The notes under the pieces: generated by a model
What the model was told of the DNA's origin: nothing
What the model saw: only the letters and a program-made list of their open reading frames with translations
Databases searched by the model: none
Part shown: one piece after another, positions 26,401-41,400 of the stretch
How positions within the stretch are numbered: position 1 is the first letter of the stretch
Layout: each line of letters begins with the position of its first letter
Assembly (NCBI RefSeq): GCF_018977255.1
Contig: NW_024704755.1
Location: forward strand, 4,712,001 to 4,776,000
Source: Callorhinchus milii
Lineage: Eukaryota
Reading direction: 5' to 3'
DNA length: 64,000 bases
Made by a program: the position numbers and the translations under genes

Positions 26401-29400
26401 TTTCACACTGTAGAGAAATGTTAAAATCCCAGAGTGCACCCTTTTGAACCAATATCTGAAAATATTAACCCACTGGTGATGGCTTGTTTGAGGATGGCAT
26501 TAGTCAGTGGTTTAATTCTTCTGTTTTTCTGGAAGAACAGTGTTACTGCTGAGCATGACATAAGAAGGTTTCATTTTTCAAAGCCATCTTTGGGGAATTT
26601 TTCAGTTTTACAGAAAAGTTCTCCAGTAGAGCTATTGGACCAATTCTTGAAGACGGTTTCTATTATATGCATAGTTAACAGTGTCATTGATACTTTAGGG
26701 CAGTTTTTAGTCCATGAATTTGTTTTAAAGGAATTAAGAATTGTTTTGAGTCTAGATCAAGGTCTTTAGAACCAACATATCATTGAGAGCAGTGAATACC
26801 CTTTTCAAGAGATTTGTTCAAATCTGGTTTGCTTTGGGATTGCATTTCCTCAGGTGAAATGTAGTATTGAGAGCAATATTTATTCAGCTATTCATAAAGA
26901 GTTTGCGAATTCATGCATGTTTCTAGTCTCTGTATGTCACAGTACTATGTGGTGATCTTTGACCACAAATCTATTGAGCTGTTCCAACAATTTTAGTGTG
27001 CAAGTGCTGTTCTCCTCGGGGAATGACTGCCAAAAATGCGATTGTCCAGGTAGTCTTTAAGTTACCGTAAATGGTGAAGCTTTAATAGATAATGCAACCA
27101 CTCGTATTTGGATCAGAGCAAATCAGAAAGGGTATGGTTTAAATCCAGAAGGGTTCACTGTCATTTAGTTTTAAAATCATGTTAAATCGCATGGCATCTG
27201 TATTCTGTTCTCTAGTGCTACAGCGCAGTAAGAGACTCACTTACTTTAGAAGTAGAAGTGTTTGTTCTGATGAAATGCATACAATTAAATTCATCTACAG
27301 GGTGTCTATGACGATGACAGTGCAGCATTTTTCCATGCGTAGGGATGCATTTGTGAAAAAATTAAGATTTCTATCAGTTTAGAAGTGAACCAATATTGTT
27401 GCTGAATGTCAGAACTGTTTGCAGGGGGGTTGACTTGAATTTCTTGTTAGCCAGTAGTACTGCTGAGATAAGCCAAATATTTGTGCCATTAGTCCGGTCA
27501 TTTTTCCGGTTAAATCTTTTATTGTTGTTGACGAGGGAAAACAATGTTAGGGTCATGATTTCCCTTTTTTATCTATTGTACTGCAGATAAATGCTAGGAT
27601 CATTAAATTATCATAGATTTTGGTGTTTTCATGATACTGAAGCCTTGTGAAGAGAAGGGATCAGTAAAATGTTCAGTGGTTAACCTGTTTCATTGTGTGA
27701 TTAGTCATGTAACGTGTTCAACACCATTGGTATTCTGACTGCTCATAAATGGATGAAATATTTAACGTGCATTTAATAAATACCTAACAAATCTGTTTTT
27801 AGAATTACTGAATCTTATGTAGAGTTCATTCACACCCGCAGATAATTGTCAAAGGGTTAAAATGAAGGAGACAATGATTATTTTAACAGATAAATGGGTT
27901 CGCTTCATTCTTTTCCATAGAGATGAGTGAAAGATACTTGGTCGAGCTGTTTAAGTGCTTTAACATGGTGTTCCTATTAGTTCTGATACCTGATCTGATC
28001 TTAATGCTACGGTGTATGAAAGATGGATAGATAATCCTGGCTGCCTACAGAGATTGATGGCTGGATTGATTGATCGTCTAATCATTTGAGGAAATGGGCC
28101 TGAAAATGAATGCAACTCTGCCCTTGGCTTTCAGGGAAAATTGCAAAGTTACAGGGTAATGTGCTAAGACAGGATTTCATTTGTACCTAATATGTGGTTA
28201 TATGATCCCACACAATAGCTAAATGATTAAAAAAAAGGGAAATCAAACTATATTGCTTATTTAATTTTCAAATTGATACCTTTTGTGGATTAAGATCTGA
28301 TGGCAGAGAAATGTCTAATTTTATATGTTGTATGTGGGACTGTTGGATTAGGGAATAGGAAGAGACGTGTCACTGATTTGTCCTGTTCATATAATTTGCC
28401 TTATTTCTGAAGTAGCATCAAGTAATGAAACCCAAAAGGAACGAATAATCAGTCTGATTTTACACCAAATTTTACTTAAATTTTTTAACCCATAAAGAAA
28501 TGAATTTGCAGTCAGATTTCTCTTGTAGCTTTAGTGTTTAAAAAAAAGCTGACTGATATGTTACAACTGTATTCAAGAATCTACAACTTCCAGCGCCTTG
28601 GGACGTCCTCCTGACGTGAAAGGCGCTTTATAAATGGAATGTTGTTGAATCTTGTTGTTCCAGTAAAATAATATGGTTCAGGTGATGTAATATGTTTTTA
28701 TGCTGAAATGTTTCTGCTTGGCATGGTAGGGTAAAGAGATAGCTAATCCATTTCCCCATCTTAGAAAGAGCCAACTGTATGAAAAAGGTACAATTCCAGA
28801 GAGAAGAGAAAAAATCATTGTATTTTACATGAATTCTTTTAATGTTTACGTGGTTTGTTTTTAATGATCAGTTTAAGCAAGTTACAGGAAGAGTTGCAGA
28901 AGTCTCCCACACTGTTTCTCTCGATGAGATTTCTTGGAAGAGGGGGAAGGGGAAGAGGCATCCTTAAAGAGGTAGGATTTAAAGTGGGACTGAAGGACAG
29001 AAAGACAGGGGGCAAGACGGAGTGGCAGAAGGAGGGAGTTTCAGAGGTTATGGGCATAGGAACTGAAGCCACCAATGGTGTTGTGGAAAGAGCTTGGTTG
29101 GGGAGTAAGCCTGATCTAGCTCAGTGGAAGTTATGAACGGAGGAGTAGGATAAGAGAAGATCACAGAGATAAGCAAGTGTCAGCGAGTGGATGGATTTGT
29201 AGGTGAGGGGAACAACCTTGAATCGATCTGCTATAGTGCTACGAAGTGCTTTTCTTTTCACTAACCTATTGCAATTTTATAAAAAAAACTTTCAGTATAT
29301 GGACCCAGTGTTATTAAACAGATGAATGTTATTGGCATATTTAGATTGTGCTCATTAAGCAAGTTCACAAAGTTACAAACACAAAGTTTCATGAATGACT

Positions 29401-32400
29401 GCACAATTAATGTTTCTTAGCAGTTTCAAGTTAAACGTTTGGTGTGCCTTTTGATCTTTATAATTGCAAACAGCTGTGTGTGTATGTACTAGTAAGTTGT
29501 ATTTATGTACTATACTTGTATTAAAAAGTTAAACATGTTCATGAATGTTATTTCAGGCCATTTATGTGTAAATGATGCATGCATTGGAAACATTAATTTA
29601 TATAGATTGGCTTCTTGATAAGTACAGACACTTCTAGTGTGTTGCTTTTGTACTCGCAAGAAATGACAAGTAATTCCAAATAATGGAATTACTGATTATG
29701 TCCCTTAAAAAGTCGATTATAATTATTTAACAATTAAATCAGTTTTGTAACATGGTCCATATATTTACAGGTTTTCCACAATAGTTTGCATGACTTCCCT
29801 TAAATACCTAGATGTGGATGTACTTTAGAACAAGGGCATTATGAATGGATTGTTTCACTCAGACTGTACATTTAGCTATGACGGAAGGATTTCTGTTAAC
29901 ATTTGCAGGCTTATAACCATTTCTTTATCTCTAGGAAATGCTAAATATAAAAGTTGTCAATTGGAACTTTTCACAAATTTCCAGGACTTCACTACTCAAC
30001 AAAAGCTTTTTTTCCTGCCTTGTATTTGTTTTATATTTTAGAAACTCACTTGTTTGAGGTTCATTAAACAGTACTATAGTGTTACTTACACTAGCAAGGC
30101 AGTTTTTTTTTCTGTATGTATACAACAACATTACATTTGTATAATGCATTTCACGTCAGGAGGACGTCCCAAAGCGCTGGACAGTATACAGCATTTCAGA
30201 CCCGAGCTGGGGTTGGAGGGAGAAGGGAGTGGAAGGGGGGTGACCGATATCATGGTCGAAGAGGAGGATCTTGAAACGGGACTTGAAGGAGATTAAGGAG
30301 TGGGTGAGCTGGAGTGATTGGGGGATAGAATTCCAGAGGCTGGGGGCAGAGTGGCTGAAGGCTCTCCTGCCAATGCTGGGGTGGGTTGGGGGACGTGGAG
30401 CAGGCCGGAGCCAGCTGAGCGGATGGAGCGGGTGGGTTAGTAGGGGGTTAGGAGGTCGCAGAGGTAGGGTGTGGCGAGGCCATGGAGGGCTTTGTACATG
30501 AGGACCAGAATCTTGAACTGGATCCTCTGAAGGATAGGGAGCCAATGGACAATCTCATCCAGCCCTATTCTCGTACTGCAATCTCCAATGTGGTTTATTG
30601 CTCATTTATCATTCTCTCCATCTCACCATTAGTGCCCATGTCTTCAGCTATGTCTTTAGTTATTATGGCACTTTTATTTGAAGACCAACACAAATATTGT
30701 GGTATTCTCAAGAAAAAAATTATCACTAATTCTGTATTGTTTTTTTTCCCTTTGTTTAGTTGAAGGTGCAGATTATGCAGTCTTATATCAGTGACCTGAG
30801 TGAACAAAATGATGTTCTGCTTCAGACAATGGAGGAGCTTGAAAGGGAAGCTAACAGAAGAGTAACTGCTCTGGAGACAGAGCTAGAGGTAATCGAACAT
30901 TGAAACCTATGTACTTTCAAAATATTAAATTATCATTATGATAGCTCAAGTGTTGATAGCTGTTGTAGAGTCTTGCTCAACTATATCATATGATCAGGAA
31001 GAAAGTTTTACAATACTTTCTCTTAGGTGACCAAGTATGGTAGAATTCATCAGAGGGCAGATTGCACTTGGTCTGTACAAGGTGCAAGCTAAATGTGGAG
31101 AATTGGCATTTTTTTCTTCCATGTTTTTAAATGTTTGCGATTTGAGTCAGTAATTTTTTCTCCACTGAAAACCAGTTTATTTCAGTTTGGTGCTCTGCAC
31201 AATTTGGAACTGCAGAATTTTCATTTTGTTCTTGTTATAATAATCCTTGCATTTGATATAGCACTTTTCACGTCGGGAGGACGTCCCAAAGCGCTTCACA
31301 GAACACACTGTAAAGTGAATTGACTGTATATTTGTGGGCGAACGCGGCAGCCAATTGCGCACAGCAATGTCCCACAAACAGTCGTAGATTGAAAATGACC
31401 AATTTGTTATTGTTTTTTTTGGTTTTGGAGGGATTATTATTAGGCTCTGTGTGGAGTAAGGAAACTTGCCCAAGGTTTCGCCCTCTGCCTGGAATTGAAC
31501 TCAGGTCTCTCGCTTGCAAAGCGAGTGCTCTAACCACTGAGCTACAGGACTCCAAGGACTTGTTTGAACATCCTCCAAAGCACTCACGTATTTTTGAATG
31601 GACGGAGCTGAAAATTACATACAATATCAAAAGATCTGTACAAGTTGCAATAGCTTGTTTGATTCTCTGAGATGTATTTCATTAGTCTTACTAGCTTCCC
31701 ATTGATTGGATATTTTCTGTGAATCATGTCTAAATCCTTTCTGCAATTGACATCTCTCCATTGTTTGCCTATATTTCCTGTTCACTATGCTTAGCTTTGT
31801 ATTTATCTACATTTAAATCCATCTGCCTTTCCTCAGCTTATTCACTTCAATGGTCCAAATCATTCAATGCTACCAATCTCCCTTGTACTTGTCACCAGTG
31901 CTTGGTGTCGTTAGTAGTTTTTATGATATGACAAGTACTCAGAGAGCTTGTAAGAGCCCAAGGCGCACTTCTACAAAACACTGAAGTGTTCATTATAATT
32001 AACCATAATTAGGACAATTTTCAAATTCATATAATGTGGTTGCTTGATGGCATGTTTTAAGAACTTGTATGTGGAACCACTTTTGAACCTCCACACTTGT
32101 TCTAGGAAGGTGGGCTTTTGCCACAGATTAATGCTTTTTTCTTGTGCCAATTTGTTACCTTGCTTTCATTTCTCTGCCTGCTAATATGGTTATTAGCAAT
32201 GTTCTGCCATACTTTATTGAAATAGAAAACTTGAGAGTACCTTGTTTAAATAGCCCAAGGTTTCCTGTATCATTATAAAACATACTAAATGTTCATTATG
32301 ACAATTAGGCATTTAAATTGACATAATATTTGAATTGTGGCAGCTGAGCTCATCCTTGAAATTGGGAGCTTTAGTACCTGCTTTCAGCTAACTATTGCTG

Positions 32401-35400
32401 TTTTTTTTAGTGTAATCTATCAGCAATATTAATGTTGAATAAAATCTTAAGCAGTTGGCTTGTCAGAAATCATTGATCTAACATTAGATATTATTGTACT
32501 GTGATAATCCTGTTAGTTCAACATGCATAATGAAGTGATGAAGGTAAAAGTGATCCTACAGGAAAAATCACCTTCCACAATTCTAGTGTTCCACCTGAAT
32601 CTAATGATAGTCATAATGATATGCTCTTTTTAAAAAAAATCTTGCAACAACTTTTTTTTAAACAGGAAAATAAACTGATCCAGTTCCACATATCAATCTA
32701 TATATTTTTTGAATGATCAAGCAATTTACTCGTTAATAAACAAGCCTTATTTGGACATAAAACCTGAGGTTATGGACGTCTCACCTTCTGCCCCCTTTCT
32801 AACATAAAAGCTACTGGATCATTCAAGTGGTGTAGAACATCTTTGATAGAATAAATATATGCCGAGGACCAAATGTAGACATTCTTGCGTTTGAATTTAC
32901 ATATATTATATGACACTGGGCTGCATTTACGGGTTACTTTGATGTACACAATAGACTATTAAGAATAACCGCATTACACTGTAATATAGAACAAGATTAA
33001 TTTCTCTGGTTGCATTATGAATGATTTACATTATGAATTACAACTGTTTTTGGTTTCCATCTGTAGTTTTGGTTCATATTTCATTTGTTGGCTTTATTGT
33101 CTTTGTTTATCTTCCCTTATCCATCTGTTATGCCTATTCCATATTTCCCTTTGTTATTTTTCATTGCTAACCATTTCCTTTTATTTATTCTTTTGCTGGG
33201 AAATGGTACTTTCAGTTTATATTCAGCTGCTGATTATCATAGTAAAGCTTGCAGTGATTATGTTACATTTGTCACTGTTCCATTGGTCATTAGTGGCTGT
33301 TGGTAGGAAGAGAAAAGTAATGGAAAATGGTTAAACTGCCCCATGAACCACAGGGTATATTATTTTTAAAAATGGAATTGATCACAAGGAAGTAATCTCA
33401 TCTGAGGGTTCGGCTGATAGTTGTAAATTGCTTGAACATCTATGAAGTTTTCTGAACGCTTGAATGAGATCAGTCTTGATTACTCCTGGGGAACTTTTTT
33501 TAAAAACATGGAGCCAACTCTTCTGATCCTTTTGGCAATTTCTTTATTAGTGTCTATTTAGCCAATCATCCTATACTTTTAAATAAAAAGAATGAATTGA
33601 ATAGCAATATTTCACCCACAAAATATACAGTCAATTCACTTTACAGTATATTCTGTGAAGCGCTTTGAGACGTCTCGAAGATGTGATAAATCGCTACATC
33701 AAATGCAAAGATTATTATTATTATCTCTTTATTTCTTACAAATCACTACCCTTTGTCTTCCTAAACAGTCCTTCCTTGTTCTTTGTTGCTATTGAATTCA
33801 ACTCTTTTTTTTAAAAAAAAAGGTTCCTACCGCTCGTTTTAGTTTTCTATTTGAAGTTTTCGGTTTGCAATGTCCAGCTGAAAATACCATCAATTTAAGT
33901 CTAAATTTAATAAAAATCAAATTGCGGAATACAAGTTGGAATATAATACAACAAATATTGTAAGATGAATAACTGCTGCTGGTGTCCTTTGCTCCTTGGT
34001 CATTGATTGCCTATAATCCAAACCACATAGAAAATATATCTCCATAATGTGGATGTTATTTTGCTTCCAGCTAAGTTTTGCCAACCCACTGCATCCAGTG
34101 CTAGTGTTCCAAATATGAACTTTTTATATTATCCAAGCACAGAGGAGCAAAGTAGGTGTTACTGTGAATTAAGGCATGGGGAGCCAGTGGAGCCTGGCGA
34201 GGGTGGGGGTGATAGGGTCACAGAGCCTGGTGCAGGAGAGGACATGAACTGCAGAGTTCTGGATGATCTGCAGCTTGTGGAGGGAAGAGTTGGGAAGGCC
34301 AAGCAGCGAGTTGAGCCTAGATGTGACAAATGCGTGGAAAAGGATTTCGGCGACCTGAGGGGAGAGGTAGTGGCAGAGCCAGACGATGTTGTGGATGTGG
34401 GGGAAGGCAGGGCAGGTCGTGGCATGGACTTGGGGTAGACAGGACAGTTGAGGGTCAAACAAAACGCCAAGGTTCCAGACTGGCTCAATGAGGTGGATTG
34501 TGCATCCATGGATACAACTCAAATAAGTATATTTATCAGCATCTGGGCAAATCAACACATCCAAGATACAGAAAGGATTAATTGACCAATGAAATAGATT
34601 TAAATTTCGTAATTTTTAAAAAAGTAGATTAAATATCTGGTTATTGGTGATCCTTAGTTTCTTTTGCAAAACAATTCAAGGTTACTTCCAAGTGTCTGTC
34701 ATGCATTGTTCCATCTTAGTGAAAGCTAGCTATCATCCCAATCTGCCAAAAGGAATCAAACCTCAATAACTACAGATTGCTAGTTGTGTCAAAGGTCGGT
34801 TCCATGCTGTAAAAAGGTCCCAATCCCAGTGACCTGCTGTTTGTTCACCCATTTGGATTGAAAACGCTCTCAATGTGTTCCAGAAATAGACCAGGATATT
34901 GTTAGATCTTGACATTTCTAGAACCTTTAACAGATTATGGCATCTTGGTCTCAAGGAGAATCTGCCCTCTTGTGGCATATCTTGTTAGCTGCTGAACTAC
35001 AAATGAGACAAATGCAGAAGACACAAAGCTGTGCTGAATGGCATTCTTGTAACAGTTATGTAGGAGTCCCTGAGTAAACTACTAATTGTCTTCAAGAATG
35101 AACCAAGGGTTGTCATCCATGTTGGTAATGTTCCCATCCTCCCAAGAAATATTAACTGCCCAATTAAAATTACAGTTGACCTTTGTTTCTGTTGTTCCCA
35201 GAATTGTTCAGAAAATGAGTCAGTGTTAATTCAACTTAAGCTTGGAATAAGGTTCTGGTGCACACAGCAGTTTTCTTCTTCCCATTGAACTAAATCCAAT
35301 AGAGTAACATCTGTCATTCATTCTCATTCCATGGAAGAGGAGCTGATGTTGACACCACATCAACTTGTAGTTTTTCAACTCCTTTTTAAACCCTTCCATG

Positions 35401-38400
35401 ATTTATTTTCAAATAATTCTTGCCAATAACGTCAAACCATCTCAAAATGCTTCATGTTTCTGTAAAGTGGCTGTATGTGTAGGCCACTGTAGTAGCCAAT
35501 TTGTCTGGAGGATTGTTTCCCAGGATACTCTTCTCTAAAAGTGAATAATAATAATTATAATAACTAAATCAATTGCTCCCAGCAAAGACTTTAAATGTGT
35601 GATGTCTCACAAAATGTGGGACATGAAATGCTAATCAGAACTTGCAAAAGTTACAAAATATTTCTGAAATCAATATTCAATTGAGCTGTTTAACCACACT
35701 ACAGTAAACCAGTATATTGTAATGCTACACATTCTATCCAGAAGTCTATGTTGGAGTGATGCAGCATCAACTGAATTTTAGAGAGATCTGAATTATCCTG
35801 TCTCAAAAAGGAACAAGAAAGTTTAAAGCTAACCTCTCTCGATTTGCTGCTCTTGCCTGGTTACCGTTGATTTTTTTGAACATCAAGAAATTGAAAAAAT
35901 AAACTATTTGTAACAGAAAATATATATATATGTTAGCACTGGAACCGCTTTAATTTTGTGTGGGGGTAAAATAATTTCCTGTGGGGTAAAAATCTTCTAC
36001 TAATTAATTTTCTGCAAATCATGTAAAATCCTTCCAGAAAAATGCATTTCAGTGCTAAAATGAGTTGGTTTATAACATACACAGCAAATAATCATATCTA
36101 TTCAATATTCTTTATGTGACAGGAGCATGTTGCTAAGGTAACTGAGTACAAGGAAGAGAACAGTACCCTACTTACAACAAAAGAAAATCTGGCCAAAGAA
36201 ATTGCTGTAAGTTTTTCTTTGTGATGACTGTGGTTATGTCTGCACCTTTTAATCACTTAATAATGGATATAATTTTTGATTTCTATGGAGTTTTTTTTCT
36301 TTCCAGTATGCACCCTTAAAGGCCATCTCCAAGGCTGCTGAAAAATAAGCCCAGTGGGCTCAGCAAATAATGGATGTAAAATCTTTAGCATTTTTATGTA
36401 ATTACTGTACTTTGTATTATTACCTCGCCTTGGTGCTGTTCAGTGCTGCACAATCAGGCAAAGTGTCAGACGACAGTCAGTGATAATTGGTAGCATTGAT
36501 CAACGATTATTAGCTGAGTATGCCCGTTTCTGTCCATATTGCAAAACATTATTCACAAAGGAACAAATTACATTAAAGTGAATGAAATAATGAATCCTGC
36601 AGGGGAATTTCTTTAGTTATATCTTATATTATTTTTTTCTCATTGCCTAGTGCAGTAAAATAAATATTTCACAATCCAGCAATAAATGGAAGGTCAGAAA
36701 CAAGATTTGTTTCCCCATATGCTGAAAAAAATTCAGTGATTTGGCATAAATTTAGAGTTAACTTAATTAATATTTTACAATACTGCATGAAAAATAGCTG
36801 TTTATATATAACACAGAAACGTGGTATGGTACAATTTATTAAACCTGGAAATTATTATATAGAAGGTTTGCGATCTTTATAATTCTATCCCTGGGTGATT
36901 TCTTTTTTAAAACACTTTGTCATTTAGAAAGTTAGCTGTAATAAAAATGCTTTGAAGCAGTTCTTGGACTCGTTATGCATCAGCACAGGTTCCAAAAATC
37001 TATACATTTGCAGTTTTGAAGAAAATATTATGCAGTGTATTTACCCACAGTAGTTTTTCTGTTCTTATAATTTGCTTATTTGGACCTTAAAGTAAAGTAT
37101 AGATTACCTGCGTAACTCTCCACTTTCAACAAAGTCTTACATCTTGAAAAGAATTAGACTCTGTGTGTTCAGATGCTATTAGGTTATTCAAAAGATCTTA
37201 ACCTGATTTCTTTTTAAATAGAGAATTCTTTTGAGGTAATAAAAAATTACAAAGTGAGGTTGTTGTGCACAGTAGATTGCATTCTGAAACAATCTGCTGG
37301 TTCAGTATTGTAAGTCCAATTGAGGACACATATTTGCTAAATATCATCACTGTTTTTGTTGGTCATAGATTACAGCAGGTGTAGCCAGATGGGGAACAAA
37401 AGCCCCAAATTTATCTTTAAACATCAATAGTGTTGTCAGATGCAGAGAGGTTTCTGTATCTGGGTATGAACTGTTTTTTCATGTTTTCAGCTCACAGACA
37501 TTTATACCAGTATTCATTTGAAGTTGCATGTCCTTAGGCCTGAGGTCTTTTGGTAAAGTTGTTGAGAATTTTGAGGTGTTTACTGCAATGAAATGACAAA
37601 TTTTCCATTCTTGTGAGAGATAAAATCAGGGACGTGACTAAGCTGAAAAAACAAGCTTGATTTGCATAGAAAAATATGTGTGGTATGTAAAATTGTGTGA
37701 ATTATCCTATTTTATGGCTTCTTGGATGTCAAATGACCAATTAGCGTCTTATCAAAAAGGTTGGCCACCACTAGTCTAGACTGACACTCCAGTGCAGTGG
37801 TGTGGCTGTACTGTCACAGGTGCTGATGATATGATAAGATTATGTCTGCGCCCTCCAGTGGAATTAAGTATCCTGTGGAACTATTTTGAAAAGAGAGGGG
37901 AGTTTCTCCTGGTATCCTGACAATATTCCTCCAGATAAATTGATCATTCACTTTATATGGCTGTTTGTGGGACAGTGCTGTGCACTCGTGGTTCCAATGT
38001 TTGCCTACAAATGTACAGTTACTACACTTTACAGAGTACTTATTACTCTTCATCTCTGAAGAGTAATAAGTGCTATATCAAATGCAAGGATTATTATAGC
38101 TACTAACTTTCATTATCCATCATGTTGACATTTTTTCAAACGTGAAAGGTCCTCCTTAAGTGCAAATTGTTGTCATGATGTGCGCAATTGGCTGCCGCGT
38201 TCGCCCACAAATATACAGTCAATTCACTTTACAGTGTGTTCTGTGAAGCGCTTTGGGACGTCCTCCCGACGTGAAAAGCGCTATATCAAATGCAAGGATT
38301 ATTATTATGATAAATAATAATAATCCTTGCATTTGATATAGTGCCTTATGTCCTTGAGATGTCTCAAAACGCTTCAAAGAATATACTGTAAAGTGAATTG

Positions 38401-41400
38401 ACTGTATATTTTGTGGGTGAAACACGACAGCCAATTGCGCACAGCAGTGTCCCACAAACAGTCATGAATTGAAGTGACCAATTGCTTTTTTAAAAAAGGA
38501 GCTATTACTCCCGGAAAAGCGATCCGCCAATCAACTAACAACCAGGTTCCTACTTACTGCTAGGTAAACAGAGGCGTGTGAAGTAAGGAAACTTCGCCAA
38601 CATTTCGAATCCAGGTCTCTCGTTAGGGCGAGTGCCCTAACCACTGAGCTGTAGGATTCCAGTTCTAAGATTTATTCATGATCATCTTTTGTGGACAACT
38701 GTAATATCATTGGTATGATAGGAAGATTGCAGAAGAAACCATGCCAGTGGTCCACTGACTGCAATATCATCTGTTTAGCTGTTCATGATATGTTCTCTCT
38801 CAACAGTTATCCATATATTCCAGTGTGTGTAATCAAGGTACCTTAGCGGCAGGTTAATGAAAACTACATTCAGCCAAGGATCTAATTTGTGCTACGTGCA
38901 TAATGAGTCCACACTCACAATACATACTTAAGCAGATTAATGGTCCATATTCTTTCCTAAGAAATCATTAATTTAACTGGGTTAAGGTGCTATTGTGCAT
39001 GAGAGCACCAGAGTGTTCAGTCACCTGTCAGATTTATTTGTGCAGTGTAGGAAGGTCACACATCTCCTGACCCGGGAGGAGGAAAGGGGAGAGAGGAAAG
39101 AAATTGTATGGGACATTCTTACAGGGCTGTCTGTCTGTACATCTTCTGACAAGTTGATCCAAGTAGAAAAATTGTGAGTGGCATCTGCATTTAAAAAGGA
39201 CTCTCAAAGAAAAGGATAGCTGTAAAAACCTAGAGTCGTAATGTGGGAAATGCACAATTTAATAGGGATCTGTCTTCTTTTATGGAAACTATTTATTCTT
39301 CCTTTAATTGAAGCAAAGTTCCTGACAGGACATATGATTATTTTGATGGGACTTGGGTCAAAGAGGGAGGAGACTGTATAAAAAGAAAGGTACAGTTGAT
39401 AAAAATGCAGATGGTGGAAATCTGTATTAAAAACAGGGGGAAATGGACAGAGTATGATTGATCTTGAATACAAGCCCAGCATTTTCTATGCATTTCCTGT
39501 TTTAATGTGACTGGCATTGAGTTACATGCATCATGTCTCATGCATACTTCAGATACCAGTTGATACCAGCATTCATTTTAGAATGTTACAGGTCGGTATC
39601 ATCTGCTATGTTGTTGGATCTACACTGCATCACTGCATTAGACATTTTTATGTCTTAAGTTGATGAAAAACCTGAATTATAACTGATGATCCCCTTTCCA
39701 TGCATCCAACCTGGCATCAGAATAAAGCAATGAGTAAACCACTTCCAAAACGTTTGTGAATGGAAAGTCTGAATTTCATATCACCCAAGACATTATTATA
39801 CAATTTCTTTGCTGCCTCACATAAAACTGAAATGGAACACGAGATCTAATGTGTGGGTATTATTCATAATTGTGCAGACAGTGTCAAAAATCTGCTCACT
39901 TGTTTGTATTTTATGAAGCTGAGCAAACGATGGTTCATCGGTTAGGACACTATCTACATTGCTGCTAGGTGGTAAAGGGAAGCCTTGTGCAAGATATTAA
40001 TGAACATTTTGAAGGAACAATAGCTTATGAATGTGTTAATTGCAAGCATTTTGCATAAGCACCCTTTTTAAGGCAGTCAAATTGGTATTGGGTTTGACTG
40101 TGAAAAAGGAATATAGATTTTTGAATATTAGTGTTTAATTTCCTTCCTCATTCCTGATCTGGGGCAATTCACTCTTTAGGTTTTTGTGGATCATATTTTC
40201 ACTTCCACTTCATTTTATTGAATACAAAGTTTTTCTTGTTCTAAAATGTTCTCCAGCTCAATGTCCTAAGGTTTTGCCAATCAGTTTTCAAATTTGTAAA
40301 TGTCTGATATCTAAGCTTACAAGGCTGACTTTTGAAAAACGATTTTTTTCACAATTACTGTATTGCTGGGGTACTACTTGCTTTAACCAGCATAACTGTT
40401 TTGGATATTGAATCAGCTTGTAGATATCATTCGATAATATTTACATGATGTGTCTCTGCAAATGTGTAATGCTCACTGTTGAAGAGCTGAGACATGTGGA
40501 ACACAAGAAGTATTGTTTACTAAAATATTTTTTTTTTATCTACACACTGCCAACTTCAAAGGTTAGTTTAGTCATTTACAAAATGGGATTTTTTCCATTC
40601 AATACTTCAAAATATATTTCGAAATTAGAATTACTGAAATGGTTAAATTAATTCCTACCAAATACTAGCCCCACAATGGTGACAATTAATATTTCCATTA
40701 TTGGTCCCTAGTTGTAAGACTAATGGAATGCCATTAACAAAATTGTCATTAACTGTGGTCATTATTTGGCCATTACAGTGGTATCATTGCAGCACTGTGA
40801 AATATTGCCATTAGTCAATATTCAATCTCTTTTGATGTGATATTTATATGAAACATTATAGTGTAATAAATAATGTATTGAGAATTTCACATTTGATGTA
40901 TTAATGAAATATTTTTGACAAAATGGCAATAGAAACAAATCATTAAGAATATTTCTAAATAAACTACATTATTATTTGTGTGGGACATCAAAGTACAAAT
41001 GGAGTTATTTGGTGAGCAACACCTAGGACCTGAACATCAGAAACACTTTTTTTCTGGAAGGAAAAAACACTTTATATCAATCTAGACTATAACTGAGGAA
41101 TAGATCAGAGGTAAAATTGTATTGATTTTTTAAAAAATATATTGGAAATTAGATGCAGAATAAATTTAATTTAAAACTCAATGGAAATTGTTTCAATAAC
41201 TTAGTTGCAAATACTACTGGTAGGCTCATATGATGATTAACTAGACCAACCCATTCTCGTTTTGTAATTTTGTAACCCCCAAAAGCCTATATTTGTGGTT
41301 AAATGGATAAAGTTAATATTTTATATTTATAGTTTTTCATAAAGGACTGTTGTCCAGCTGTGGGTTGACCCCTTTAATAATAAATGATGGATGTCAGAAT

